From positions 1 to 26,190 of the forward strand of contig JBBCAV010000286.1 in NCBI GenBank assembly GCA_051382305.1: a DNA stretch of 26,190 nt, given 5' to 3'. This stretch comes from Bdellovibrionota bacterium FG-2 (GTDB lineage Bacteria > Bdellovibrionota > UBA1018). The notes below the pieces were generated by a model. That model made no database searches. It was not told the origin of the DNA and saw only the letters and a program-made list of their open reading frames with translations. The translations under genes were made by a program, and so were the position numbers. Below, piece after piece: positions 8,727-17,719 of this stretch (its first letter is position 1; each line of letters starts with the position of its first letter).

Positions 8727-10180
8727 ATTACCATAAACAAGTTATTAAAGCTGCACATGAGGTATTGAGTTTTGTCAAAGGTGGCTACAGTTTGATAGCC
8801 TGTCAAGCCTCTCCTCAAACGGGGAAGACTGAACTGATCGAATGCGCCTATGAGTTACTTCAACGTGAATTTCCCGACTCTCTCGGGCTCTATGTTTGCG
8901 CCCACAACCACCTCGATTTTGTTGATCAGAACTTTCCACGTCTCGAACACCTCGAATCGAAAGACTTGTATTGCCTCGGGCTTCGACAAAGGCGCCGCAG
9001 TTTAGTGGGAAAGAAACCGCTCAGTTCCTTTAAGAATACCCCTGTCGTTGTTTTTTTTGATGAAGATCACTTTGGCGACGGAAGCGAGCAAACGATTCAC
9101 TCTTGGCTAAGGACCAATAACCTCTGCCCCGGAAGAAAAATTTTCCTAATCGGAGTTTCAGCAACCGGCTTTACGATTATTAAGCGAGCTGGAAAAGCCG
9201 TAGTACGGATGCAATTGTCTGACATGCCGATCTACAAATCCATCACCTACATGTTTGAACACGGTCACATCAAGAACTCGACACCAATGCTCGTCGGCCA
9301 TGCAGAAGAGCGTCGTGTCGATCAATCAAACGAGGCGTTTCAACAACTGAACCACCTGATTAAAGGTGGTATCGGCGGGTATGCCATTATACGTGTTAAC
9401 GGCAAAGATGCGCCGATCCTTGACGCTAAACTCAAGCGACTACATCAAAATAGAGTACATGTCCGCCATTGGAATCAGGCTAATCAAATTTCGAATCCAG
9501 AAGCATATTTTTCACAAAAACGGGGCGTGTTTGTTGTTGTGATTGTGCAGCAAAAGGCGAGGATGGGGAATACCATCCCGACGCAGCATTTGAAGCTCGT
9601 CTACGAACATTCGCCTAAACCCACTGTTGCAACCGTAGCACAGGGACTGCTCGGCCGGTGCTGCGGACATGGAAAGCTCACCCATAAAGTCACGGTTTAC
9701 TCTCATCGAAACCACGCTGAAGCCTATATGTTGTTTGAAACTGGATATCTGGATGACTTCTTCACTTATTTAGAAGCTCACGGCCTAAGAGCTAGTCAAC
9801 GTGCAAAACTCGCTGCTACGGAGATGCAGTCGTACGAAGGAAAACTTCCAGGATACGCAGGGATTCAACGCTCAGAAATTGTCGAATCTGTTCTCAATGA
9901 CTTGAGAAAACGGCACGGATTGACGCCACCGGTAGTGTGCGCCGCCGTCAGGCGCTGGACCACCAATAAGAATAAGGAAGAGCGTCACCGCTACACACAG
10001 GCTATCGCCCTTGGGGACAACCCCACCTTGACTAAGCCCAATCGCGAGGCGGGCAGCTTGTCTATTTATTTGGATAACCGGAAGGATCGACACCACCTCT
10101 ACTACGCGTATCGGAGCAACAAGGTGCTTGTGAAGGCAGATTTGGTGGCGTCCGATGATTCTTTCTACTCGGAGATATAA
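8723..10180 (+). CDS. Divergent superfamily 2 helicase/ATPase (DExH-like)
   Basis: Walker A-like SPQTGKT, Walker B FFDEDH, motif III SAT, motif VI-like QGLLGRCCG. GTGA overlap with the upstream gene and an AGGAG RBS. Confidence 0.78.
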   Translation: MNYHKQVIKAAHEVLSFVKGGYSLIACQASPQTGKTELIECAYELLQREFPDSLGLYVCAHNHLDFVDQNFPRLEHLESKDLYCLGLRQRRRSLVGKKPLSSFKNTPVVVFFDEDHFGDGSEQTIHSWLRTNNLCPGRKIFLIGVSATGFTIIKRAGKAVVRMQLSDMPIYKSITYMFEHGHIKNSTPMLVGHAEERRVDQSNEAFQQLNHLIKGGIGGYAIIRVNGKDAPILDAKLKRLHQNRVHVRHWNQANQISNPEAYFSQKRGVFVVVIVQQKARMGNTIPTQHLKLVYEHSPKPTVATVAQGLLGRCCGHGKLTHKVTVYSHRNHAEAYMLFETGYLDDFFTYLEAHGLRASQRAKLAATEMQSYEGKLPGYAGIQRSEIVESVLNDLRKRHGLTPPVVCAAVRRWTTNKNKEERHRYTQAIALGDNPTLTKPNREAGSLSIYLDNRKDRHHLYYAYRSNKVLVKADLVASDDSFYSEI

Positions 10181-10729
10181 ATGAAAAATATTCCACAAGC
10201 CCATGATGCCATCAATTTCCAGAGAAGCCCAATCACCACTTCGATTAAGCTTGGAAATAGTCCGATTGACTTCGTCCACTGCACTGGCGACCACACCATC
10301 GCCGTGTCCGGGCAAATTACTTACATTCTGGGAGCCTTTTTCCCAGGGACACCGCGACCTATGGCTAAATCTAATTTGCTTAAGGCTCTTGAAAAATCGA
10401 GGCCGCGCACGTTCAACTCCATTTCTGAATTTGACTCCGCGATTGGAAAAATTAGGTTTTTCGCAATGAGAACCAATCAACAAAAGAAGATTAGCTTCAT
10501 TGAAATTGATGGAGTCTCTCACTCAGCGAGCGCTTACAGAAACGGGCTACTTGTAATTGGCACGAATGAAGGTGAATTGCGGTTTTTCAGTTTTTGGCCC
10601 AATTCGATTCATTTGATTTTATCGCTTGAGAATGAGGTACGACTTCTAGGTACAAAAAATGGCCTGAATGCTCGCAAAGTAACTCGAAATGTTACATCCA
10701 TAATAAGTGGTGGAAAGCCTAAAAGTTAA
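10181..10729 (+). CDS. Hypothetical protein, paralog of the next gene
   Basis: Starts directly after the helicase stop. Shares PITTS(I/V)K(L/I)GxSPID and YRNGLLVIGTxxGELRFxSFWPNxIHLILSLENE with 10731-11390. Confidence 0.8.
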   Translation: MKNIPQAHDAINFQRSPITTSIKLGNSPIDFVHCTGDHTIAVSGQITYILGAFFPGTPRPMAKSNLLKALEKSRPRTFNSISEFDSAIGKIRFFAMRTNQQKKISFIEIDGVSHSASAYRNGLLVIGTNEGELRFFSFWPNSIHLILSLENEVRLLGTKNGLNARKVTRNVTSIISGGKPKS

Positions 10730-10730
10730 T

Positions 10731-11390
10731 ATGCGTTTTAAAACACACGAAGCCATCAGCTTTAAAATAAATCCAATCACCACCTCTGTGAAGATTGGAA
10801 GTAGCCCGATTGACTACATCTACTGCACGAGTAATTTTACAATCGCGGTAGCGGGGCATAAATCGTTTCTGTTAGGAACCTATTGCCCAGGCAAGCCGAG
10901 ACGAGCGAAAAAAGATGAGGTCGATCTTGCTAAAAAGCAAAGGAGGCCCACATCATTCAGATGTACACCATCGCTGATTCCTTATGAGGGCAAGCCAACT
11001 TGCACCATGACGCTTCGGCGCAAAGGCGGGGCGCCATATAATCCCGCGTTGACTGGCTTTACGCCTAAGCAAGGTGACATATTTAAAACGCCCTTCTTTC
11101 TTGATGGCGATGATCATCTCTTTTGGGCTAGCCCGGATGAAGTCCGGGTTGTCCGAATTAATCCACAACGCAGCTACGGCGCGACCACTTTTTCGATTCC
11201 CGGATTGATGCCGTCGGCGCTTTCCTACAGAAATGGCCTTCTGGTTATCGGCACGATGGATGGCGAACTGCGGTTCATGAGTTTTTGGCCGAATGCGATT
11301 CATTTAATTTTATCTCTGGAGAATGAGCTTTATCGTCAACAAAAATGTGTGCAGCTAAAAAAGCAAAAATGGAGGACCTATGAAAAATGA
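10731..11390 (+). CDS. Hypothetical protein, paralog of the previous gene (probable start ATG 10731)
   Basis: Same two conserved blocks with a longer, unrelated middle. The ATG lies 1 bp after the upstream stop and aligns with the paralog's N-terminus. Confidence 0.8.
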   Translation: MRFKTHEAISFKINPITTSVKIGSSPIDYIYCTSNFTIAVAGHKSFLLGTYCPGKPRRAKKDEVDLAKKQRRPTSFRCTPSLIPYEGKPTCTMTLRRKGGAPYNPALTGFTPKQGDIFKTPFFLDGDDHLFWASPDEVRVVRINPQRSYGATTFSIPGLMPSALSYRNGLLVIGTMDGELRFMSFWPNAIHLILSLENELYRQQKCVQLKKQKWRTYEK

Positions 11391-11634
11391 AAGCAGTGGA
11401 GCCGACTCTGATGACTTGGCTCGCGTTATTGCACAAATGTTGGCGAATGCCGCGAAAGAAACGTTTTCTCTGAATGAGGCTGCGGAATATCTCAGGATCT
11501 CCCCAGACTCGGTTAAATACTACTGCAAGCGCCAGAGGGAACTATCACACGCGAACCTTGGAGGCGTGCTTGTATTTAGAAAACGTGATCTCGATGAATT
11601 TTTGGAGAAAAAATTGAAAAGGGGTTTTGTGTGA
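11380..11634 (+). CDS. Excisionase-like HTH DNA-binding protein (HTH_17)
   Basis: TFSLNEAAEYLRISPDSVKYY...LGGVLVFRKRDLDEFL; GGAGG RBS; upstream of a tyrosine recombinase. Confidence 0.85.
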   Translation: MKNESSGADSDDLARVIAQMLANAAKETFSLNEAAEYLRISPDSVKYYCKRQRELSHANLGGVLVFRKRDLDEFLEKKLKRGFV

Positions 11635-11790
11635 TGACTGGAAAAAGTTGCACTTTGCAGGCGGGCTGAAAGCCTGATGCTTTGATTTTGGGTAGTCTGA
11701 CCTAGTTCAAATGAACGATTTATATGGCGGCCATATAACTGACGAACATCAAGCCTCTTAATTAAAGGAGGCCTAAAAATAGGAGAATAT

Positions 11791-13245
11791 ATGAGAATCG
11801 TACATGTTGATAGGGCCGAGTTTCAGAATACTAGCGTTGTTTACAAGGATCCGGGTGTCATCGAGAAGAGCAAAATTCACGTTGGAAGAAAGAATCAGGT
11901 GCGCGTGTACTATGTTTTACCAAATGGGGTTCAAAATTATTTTTACAAAAGCGACGCTGCTCTTGCTGATAGTCCCAAGCTTCAAAAACAATATTTGGAC
12001 GAATTTAAGTGCCTACTCAGGAACGGTTGTTTTCCTAAAAATGCGATATCCAAAATGGCAGGCACTGCAAGGGATGTTTATGACTGGGAGTATATAAAGG
12101 AACTTTACTTCGGAGCGCTAAATCAAGGGAGAAGAAAGAAGGCAAAGAGTGTAATCGAAGCCCAAACCTCTTATTTTGTGCGCTTTTCGGATTACTTCAA
12201 ATCAAGAGGACGGGACCGGATTACAGAATTGACAGATGATGACCTAGACGCCTTCCAAAGGGACGCCGAGGACTTTAAGAATAGGTTTACGGGACATCCT
12301 CTCAGTGCCAATACCATTCACATGTTAAAAAATATTTTTAAGAGTGTCCTTCTTGCGGTCAAAGAGGCGCGGATTCCCCTCTTGTGCGATTCCGCTCGCA
12401 TCGATTTGAATGTGTACAAAAAGGGGGAGGTGGATCGATTTTTCAATGTGCGCGATGTCGTTATTCCTATGGACATTCTTGAAGCCATCGAGAATTTTTG
12501 TTTCAGTTCGGCCGAGACAGGACCCAACATTAAGGAGATTGTGGCTTTTGAAGCAAAGATGGGACTTCGCCCCGGAGAACTTTACCACCTAGGCGAAGAA
12601 AACCTCTTCTATATAAGTGAGGGGAGGCAGTTTCAGTCCAAAGTAGATTTCAATTGCATAAGGATTCGTGATTTGCCCAATTGTCCAACCAAGCACGGCA
12701 TGGGCTTTAAACCAAAGCGACAGAGCAGTTACAGGGACATTCCCTTGGACGACCGCGCCATAGCTTTCATCAAGACACAGTTAGCAAAACACAAAAATGA
12801 TATTATTTGCGGAAGGACAAGGCTCTCGAACGGCGAATTGAGCTATGTGGAATATCGTTTTTTATTCCCTTACTGGTCGAAGCATCGAAAGAGGTGGCTG
12901 CGGCCTGATGATGAAATGCCGAAAGCATTCACCAAAGCCTTGAATGCTGTGGCTGCGGCCGCCGGGATAGAGCTTGCGACAAAATACAAACTCTATGACT
13001 TTCGAAGAGTGGCTAATTTGTGGCTTCAGAATTTTCTAGGTATGAATTCAGGAGACGCCGCCTACTTTTTGGGCCATTCTGAGAAAATCAATAAGCACTC
13101 CTATATGAGTGTCACCAACAGGCAAGCTACTCAAGGAAAGTGGGCGCACAGGCGCCTAAAAGAGAAGATCCAATCTATCAAGGAATCAAGTGAGTATTCC
13201 ATTGCCCTATCGTCGGCCGAGAATCGGGAAATAGAAGCAGCATAA
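11791..13245 (+). CDS. Tyrosine recombinase/integrase (internal to island 1)
   Basis: GLRPGEL (catalytic R), LYDFRR (HxxR variant), LGHS and the downstream Y in KHSY; AGGAG RBS. Confidence 0.85.
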   Translation: MRIVHVDRAEFQNTSVVYKDPGVIEKSKIHVGRKNQVRVYYVLPNGVQNYFYKSDAALADSPKLQKQYLDEFKCLLRNGCFPKNAISKMAGTARDVYDWEYIKELYFGALNQGRRKKAKSVIEAQTSYFVRFSDYFKSRGRDRITELTDDDLDAFQRDAEDFKNRFTGHPLSANTIHMLKNIFKSVLLAVKEARIPLLCDSARIDLNVYKKGEVDRFFNVRDVVIPMDILEAIENFCFSSAETGPNIKEIVAFEAKMGLRPGELYHLGEENLFYISEGRQFQSKVDFNCIRIRDLPNCPTKHGMGFKPKRQSSYRDIPLDDRAIAFIKTQLAKHKNDIICGRTRLSNGELSYVEYRFLFPYWSKHRKRWLRPDDEMPKAFTKALNAVAAAAGIELATKYKLYDFRRVANLWLQNFLGMNSGDAAYFLGHSEKINKHSYMSVTNRQATQGKWAHRRLKEKIQSIKESSEYSIALSSAENREIEAA

Positions 13246-13266
13246 CGGGCCGAACTGCACTTTTTG

Positions 13267-13303
13267 AAAGGGGTCAGCAAAAAAATGCTGACCCCTTTTT
13301 TTT
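13267..13303 (+). terminator. Rho-independent terminator of the integrase gene
   Basis: Stem GGGGTCAGCA (13270-13279) / TGCTGACCCC (13286-13295), A6 loop, T8 tail. Confidence 0.9.
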
Positions 13304-13617
13304 GTGCGCCCAGCATGGGCGATGCGCTAAGGGGTGCTCCGTAAAAATGCGGATAGTCCCCTGCGGATCTCAATTCCGGGAACCGCTAGCCAAATCTCAA
13401 GGTGTCCATCGTGAGATGGAATCTGGAGGAAGGAAGACTGCATACCGGGAGCTGGTGGCTAGGGGACAGCAGCAATCGCCTTCCCAAATTCGTACTTTGA
13501 TGACCTGGGGCTCACTCGATTGGGATCTTAATTTTCGGAACCGCCGGATGCCGGTCGGCACGTCCGGTGGTGTGGGAGGACGGGGGAAGAATATATTTCT
13601 TCCCCCTCCTATCTAAT
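13304..13617 (+). mobile_element. Internally deleted (RT-less) group IIC intron, 314 nt
   Basis: 5' end GTGCGCCCAGCATGGGCG immediately follows a terminator. Domain V is AACCGCCGGATGCCGGTCGGCACGTCCGGTGGT (CGC triad). Domain VI is GGGAGG...CCTCCT with bulged A 13611 and an AT end. A residual IEP C-terminus AIAFPNSYFDDLGLTRLGS* precedes domain V. Confidence 0.88.
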
Positions 13618-13856
13618 TCGTGCAAGTTTTCGTGCAGATTAAATTTATACAGTAATATCGCTTTGTTACTGATACATCACTAATATAAGTTATATTAGTG
13701 GCCGTTATAGCGTAGTTTGTCTAACTTTGCGTAATAAAAGGTTAATTTCTGTTGTTTGAACTAAATGACCCACGCCGTACGGCAAAATCTCTACTCAATA
13801 AATACGCATACTTAACGTATTGCGCACGTCCTGTGTCGTGCGATTTCTCGTGCAGA
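13618..13856. repeat. attP-like region: two pairs of TCGTGC repeats flanking an AT-rich tract with a perfect palindrome
   Basis: TCGTGCAAGTTTTCGTGCAGA (13618-13638) vs TCGTGCGATTTCTCGTGCAGA (13836-13856), 18/21 identical. CACTAATATA-AGT-TATATTAGTG at 13678-13700. Confidence 0.5.
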
Positions 13857-13903
13857 CATTGGATAGAATGGTCTCCCACAAAATAGATCACCTGGGCAAA
13901 AAG

Positions 13904-14929
13904 CTAATTACCCTGCCACAGCCACCCTACTACTCGCGAATTCCAATCATCGGGGACAATGTTGAGATTATAAATGTCATCGTGACGAAGTGCCGGGCGA
14001 CACGGGAACGGTTTCTTGCCTTCTTCTGCGTCCAATAATTCACGAATACTTAGCAGGGTGTCAAAAAGTTGCTGCATGTTGGCATTCTTATCACTCGTAG
14101 TCGAAAGGAGTTTGCAAAGAACTTTGATTTCTTCAGAAAGAACCCAAAAGTAAAAGCCCCAGTCAGTGCGGCTTCGCATGCTCTCATTCAGAGACTTGCC
14201 TGGATGAATCGCATCGCCAACTCCCAGGAGTGTCCCTATGATTCCCCATCTCTGAAGATCGCTTAAGTGCTCCTGGGATCGCAAGATTATGAACGCAGTC
14301 ATCCTAAAAAACGTAACCCAGGGCTGCTCCTTGCCGACGCCCATAACATACATAACATCAAGGTGTGGTCGATTGTCTTCGGGTATTTTGAAGGGCCGTT
14401 GTAACTTGAAAATAATTCCTGGGGCTTGCATGCCCTGTGTGCGAAGATTGTTCGATGTCAGCTTTCTTATTTCACTTTTCTGACCGCAGGAGAGGTGAAC
14501 CAAGCTGTCGAGCCGACTAACCATTTCGTGTACATTAAAAACTCTTACGAGGTCACGCGTTTGTCTCTCGACCAAGGGGAGCAGGTTGCATCTACTTCCT
14601 TTTGTACGGCCAACAAGCTCATCAGCCATCACGTTGCGGGTAAATTCGAATGCAAGCCAATCAACTACAAAGGGCTCAATTTTAGAAATACGCATTGTCT
14701 TTTGTGCGCACTGGACTTTCTTTCTTGCGTCTGAAATATTGATCAAATTCAAGTCCAACTTCGTGGTGCAAGGATTCAGAGCTGGCTTCGAATTGTCCTG
14801 AAATAAGCTCGCGCTAACCGGAAAACTTGGTATTGATAGTCGATCCAAAACCCCGTGAATCCCAAGAAACTCAATAGAAGTCATAAAAACGCCACTTTTC
14901 CCAACGGGAGTATTTTCTCTGATTTGCAC
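13904..14929 (-). CDS. Hypothetical protein
   Basis: 341-aa ORF with GGAG upstream of a GTG start, 12 bp after the stop of the upstream gene. No family recognised. Confidence 0.65.
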   Translation of the reverse strand: MQIRENTPVGKSGVFMTSIEFLGIHGVLDRLSIPSFPVSASLFQDNSKPALNPCTTKLDLNLINISDARKKVQCAQKTMRISKIEPFVVDWLAFEFTRNVMADELVGRTKGSRCNLLPLVERQTRDLVRVFNVHEMVSRLDSLVHLSCGQKSEIRKLTSNNLRTQGMQAPGIIFKLQRPFKIPEDNRPHLDVMYVMGVGKEQPWVTFFRMTAFIILRSQEHLSDLQRWGIIGTLLGVGDAIHPGKSLNESMRSRTDWGFYFWVLSEEIKVLCKLLSTTSDKNANMQQLFDTLLSIRELLDAEEGKKPFPCRPALRHDDIYNLNIVPDDWNSRVVGWLWQGN

Positions 14930-14941
14930 CTTGTCGCTCCA

Positions 14942-15934
14942 TCAAAATTTTGCCTTCAAGATTGGAAGGCCCTCTTTCTGCTCCAGTAGAGGCTCTGGGA
15001 AATCCATGATTATCTTGAGAGAATTTTGGACCGTCGTCACTCGACTCTCCAAAATGGCGACAATGTAAACATCTTCGCTTTTCTTGAGGACTTCTAAAAA
15101 AATATCGGGAAAGCCCGGCGAAATAAATCGGGCGACTCTTTGACGGATACTCTCGGACGCGTGGTGTAGTGCCGTGTGAGCTAAAAATTGTTGCACCTTT
15201 CGACTATTAAGCTCGTCTCTATTCTGTTCCCAGTAATACAATAGTCGGCTAAACAACTCATTTGAAAGCGCAGCATCAACCTGTTTGACAGTTGCAATCA
15301 ACCCTTCAGCGTTTTTCAGCCTCTCAAACGCTCCAAATCTAATCCGTGGATTACCGTCAGTTGTTGCAACAATCCAGGCATCGCCTGGATTGTCACCCTC
15401 ATATTGCCGCAGCACGCTCAATTTCCGCTCGTCTGAATACCCTCTGGACGGGTCAAAAACTTGTTTTGGGTCATCGCCGTTCTTATCACTAAGATGTTGG
15501 GGGTTTCTTGGAAAGTAGGTTTCAAATAAATCCTTCAACTCAAACATGACAGAAACTAAGTCTAAGTCAGATATCCTGAAATATAAGTCATCATAGGTGG
15601 CGTCGGCAGGCATTTTCCATGCACTTTTTATCTTAGAGATATATTCCGCAAGTTTCTCCTCCGTGCTGCGGCATTCTGCAGTAAATTTATCTTTCGGTAC
15701 TTTGATCCAGCATGTAGAATCGAGATAAATTTCTTGAGCCATCCTCCAATCAGGCTGGAAGCTATTAGCGCGATCATGCCCAACAGCATTACGAATCATA
15801 GCGGCTTCGAACGACCAATCACCACCGCCAGTAGTTGTGGCAGTACCATCATACTCAAGAAACGCTTCATTCTTTTCTTCATCTTTACCCAGTTGCCACG
15901 CGTAGACCCAAAATGTTCCAGAATAAGTAATCAC
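14942..15934 (-). CDS. Hypothetical protein, possible HEAT-like helical repeats in the C-terminal half
   Basis: 330-aa ORF with a G-rich RBS. Segments DGNPRIRFGAFERL and HASESIRQRVARFI resemble HEAT-type repeats (weak). Confidence 0.7.
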   Translation of the reverse strand: MITYSGTFWVYAWQLGKDEEKNEAFLEYDGTATTTGGGDWSFEAAMIRNAVGHDRANSFQPDWRMAQEIYLDSTCWIKVPKDKFTAECRSTEEKLAEYISKIKSAWKMPADATYDDLYFRISDLDLVSVMFELKDLFETYFPRNPQHLSDKNGDDPKQVFDPSRGYSDERKLSVLRQYEGDNPGDAWIVATTDGNPRIRFGAFERLKNAEGLIATVKQVDAALSNELFSRLLYYWEQNRDELNSRKVQQFLAHTALHHASESIRQRVARFISPGFPDIFLEVLKKSEDVYIVAILESRVTTVQNSLKIIMDFPEPLLEQKEGLPILKAKF

Positions 15935-16160
15935 AACCCCCCCTATGAACTATGCCAAACCCTTTGCTGCCTGGACCATTTTTGGGCTCTGGCAAAGGGG
16001 GCATCATTGTTTGACTGCTCTCTTGAGATTTTCGATTTCTGATCGCCCAAGTTCCCTGCGGGAGATATACCAAAAAAGTAAAGGTTTGCAACAAAAGCGT
16101 TTGAATATATGCGCCACGCTGGATATACGTATTCAAAAAGAAGCAAGAAGGGCGCTAACC

Positions 16161-17075
16161 ATGATACCCCTGAGGGAATACCTAAAAATAAAGTGCGATG
16201 ATCGAGGGCTTACGTACAAGGAGCTGTCAGGGCTAATTGGAAAGAGCCCACAATTTTTCACCAATCTTTTGAACGGGCATTCGGTGCCCGATCCGCGAAA
16301 AGACCAGGTCTATATTGGAATAGCCAAGGGGCTGAGTATTCCGCTCATTGAGCTGATAGACTTAATTGAGCGCCACCGAAACTTGGTAAATAAGAGGTAT
16401 CAAGAGGTGGAGCTGCCTCCTTTCTTTCCTGAAGTACAGACTGCAGTAATAAGAAAACTTCGGGATGGAAAAAAGCTAGTTCACAGCATTAAAACAAATG
16501 GTTTTGCCTTCATTTTAGAAAGAATCATCATGCTTTCAATTTCTGTCCTGCTGAAGGAGGCAGACAAAAACTTTCGCTCGCTTCTCCGGGATTTGGAGCT
16601 GAACCCGGTCGCTCCTATATGTAAAGAGCAGGGCACCTCGACCATGCATCACGATACGACAGTGGTTCGAGCAATCTTTATGGCCATCATGGAGGACAAG
16701 GCCGCCCGCCGGGCTTTTTCAGACATCGTAGACGGTAAGGATTGGATTATTGGATCAGATTTACGATTAAAGGCAGGCAAACATTATCACATCGACGTCC
16801 AGAATTTGGTGTCGCAATTGCCTTACCCACTGATAAAGTCATCTGATATACGGCTAATAGTCGGTTTGGCGGACGAAGAAGAGGAACGAAAGCAGATCAT
16901 TAATGATGGTGTAGAGGCTCTCGAGAGGCTACCCGTAGATCAACTTCGGAAGATTGTTTTTATTATTCAACAGCTTAGAAGTAGTGCGGCCAAGACTCAG
17001 TTCGTTTCTTCCGAACTGGGGGTGCTCGATAATTTGTTCGTTGAAAAAACGAGCAATGAGTCGGGAAACATATGA
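16161..17075 (+). CDS. XRE-family HTH protein with long unknown C-terminal region (probable start ATG 16161)
   Basis: LREYLKIKCDDRGLTYKELSGLIGKSPQFFTNLLNGHSVP is an HTH_3 pattern directly after this ATG. Divergent from 13904-15934. Confidence 0.72.
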   Translation: MIPLREYLKIKCDDRGLTYKELSGLIGKSPQFFTNLLNGHSVPDPRKDQVYIGIAKGLSIPLIELIDLIERHRNLVNKRYQEVELPPFFPEVQTAVIRKLRDGKKLVHSIKTNGFAFILERIIMLSISVLLKEADKNFRSLLRDLELNPVAPICKEQGTSTMHHDTTVVRAIFMAIMEDKAARRAFSDIVDGKDWIIGSDLRLKAGKHYHIDVQNLVSQLPYPLIKSSDIRLIVGLADEEEERKQIINDGVEALERLPVDQLRKIVFIIQQLRSSAAKTQFVSSELGVLDNLFVEKTSNESGNI

Positions 17076-17126
17076 ATATTTTTAAACGCCGGTTTAGGTT
17101 CACTATCCGCGCCATTACTATCCTGG

Positions 17127-17330
17127 ATGGATAATCAGCAATTATGGGTCAATAAAAAGCAGTTGGCAATCTGCCTTGGCCTTTCCGTGGGCTATATCAA
17201 CAAAATGATGGAAGAAACCGACATCCCCTACCAGGTCTACGGCCGCGCTGAGGGGGAAAGGTACGGCGGCGTGATCAGATTTTACCTTCCTGAAGTTGAG
17301 CTTTGGCTTCAAACCCTCAAGGCCGCGTAA
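17127..17330 (+). CDS. Small excisionase/AlpA-like HTH protein
   Basis: WVNKKQLAICLGLSVGYINKMM...IRFYLPEVELWL. Confidence 0.75.
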   Translation: MDNQQLWVNKKQLAICLGLSVGYINKMMEETDIPYQVYGRAEGERYGGVIRFYLPEVELWLQTLKAA

Positions 17331-17383
17331 GAAATATTTTCAAAACGAGTTTAGTGGCGCCCCCATGATTTGTAGATTGATAG

Positions 17384-17719
17384 GTGAGACGAAGGCTTAC
17401 CTATTTACAAACTAAGTCAGCGCCAAAGGGGGCAATAACGCCCCTGCTCCCGTCCACTCCAGCCTTGCCATCTTGCAGCAAAACCAATATCGTGCCCGTT
17501 GCGTTCAGGGGGAAAACTTATACCGTTCCTCCTGATTGGATCTTTGAAAACCTGGTTGATAAGAAGCAACTGACAAGTGAACTAAGTATTTCTGCATCTT
17601 ACGTGGGCAAGCTCCTCACACAGGGGCTTCCTCATTATAAGATTGGAAGGTCGGTGAGATATCGGATTTCGGAAGTCGTGCGCTGGCTCCAAACAAAGGA
17701 GAAAGCACATGGCTACTAA
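17384..17719 (+). CDS. Excisionase-like HTH protein
   Basis: LVDKKQLTSELSISASYVGKLLTQGLPHYKIGRSVRYRISEVVRWL; overlaps the integrase start. Exact start uncertain. Confidence 0.8.
   Translation: MRRRLTYLQTKSAPKGAITPLLPSTPALPSCSKTNIVPVAFRGKTYTVPPDWIFENLVDKKQLTSELSISASYVGKLLTQGLPHYKIGRSVRYRISEVVRWLQTKEKAHGY

Noticed and set aside
13302-13616. 104-aa ORF
   Set aside because: It coincides with the group IIC intron RNA. Only a short IEP remnant in another frame looks protein-derived.
13803-13828. Chromosomal dif site (CTTAACGTATTGCGCAC)
   Set aside because: It resembles parts of both Xer arms, but the 11-6-11 spacing is not met.
15945-16160. N-terminal extension of the XRE ORF as given in the ORF track
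   Set aside because: It would fill the whole divergent promoter region. The HTH begins right after ATG 16161.
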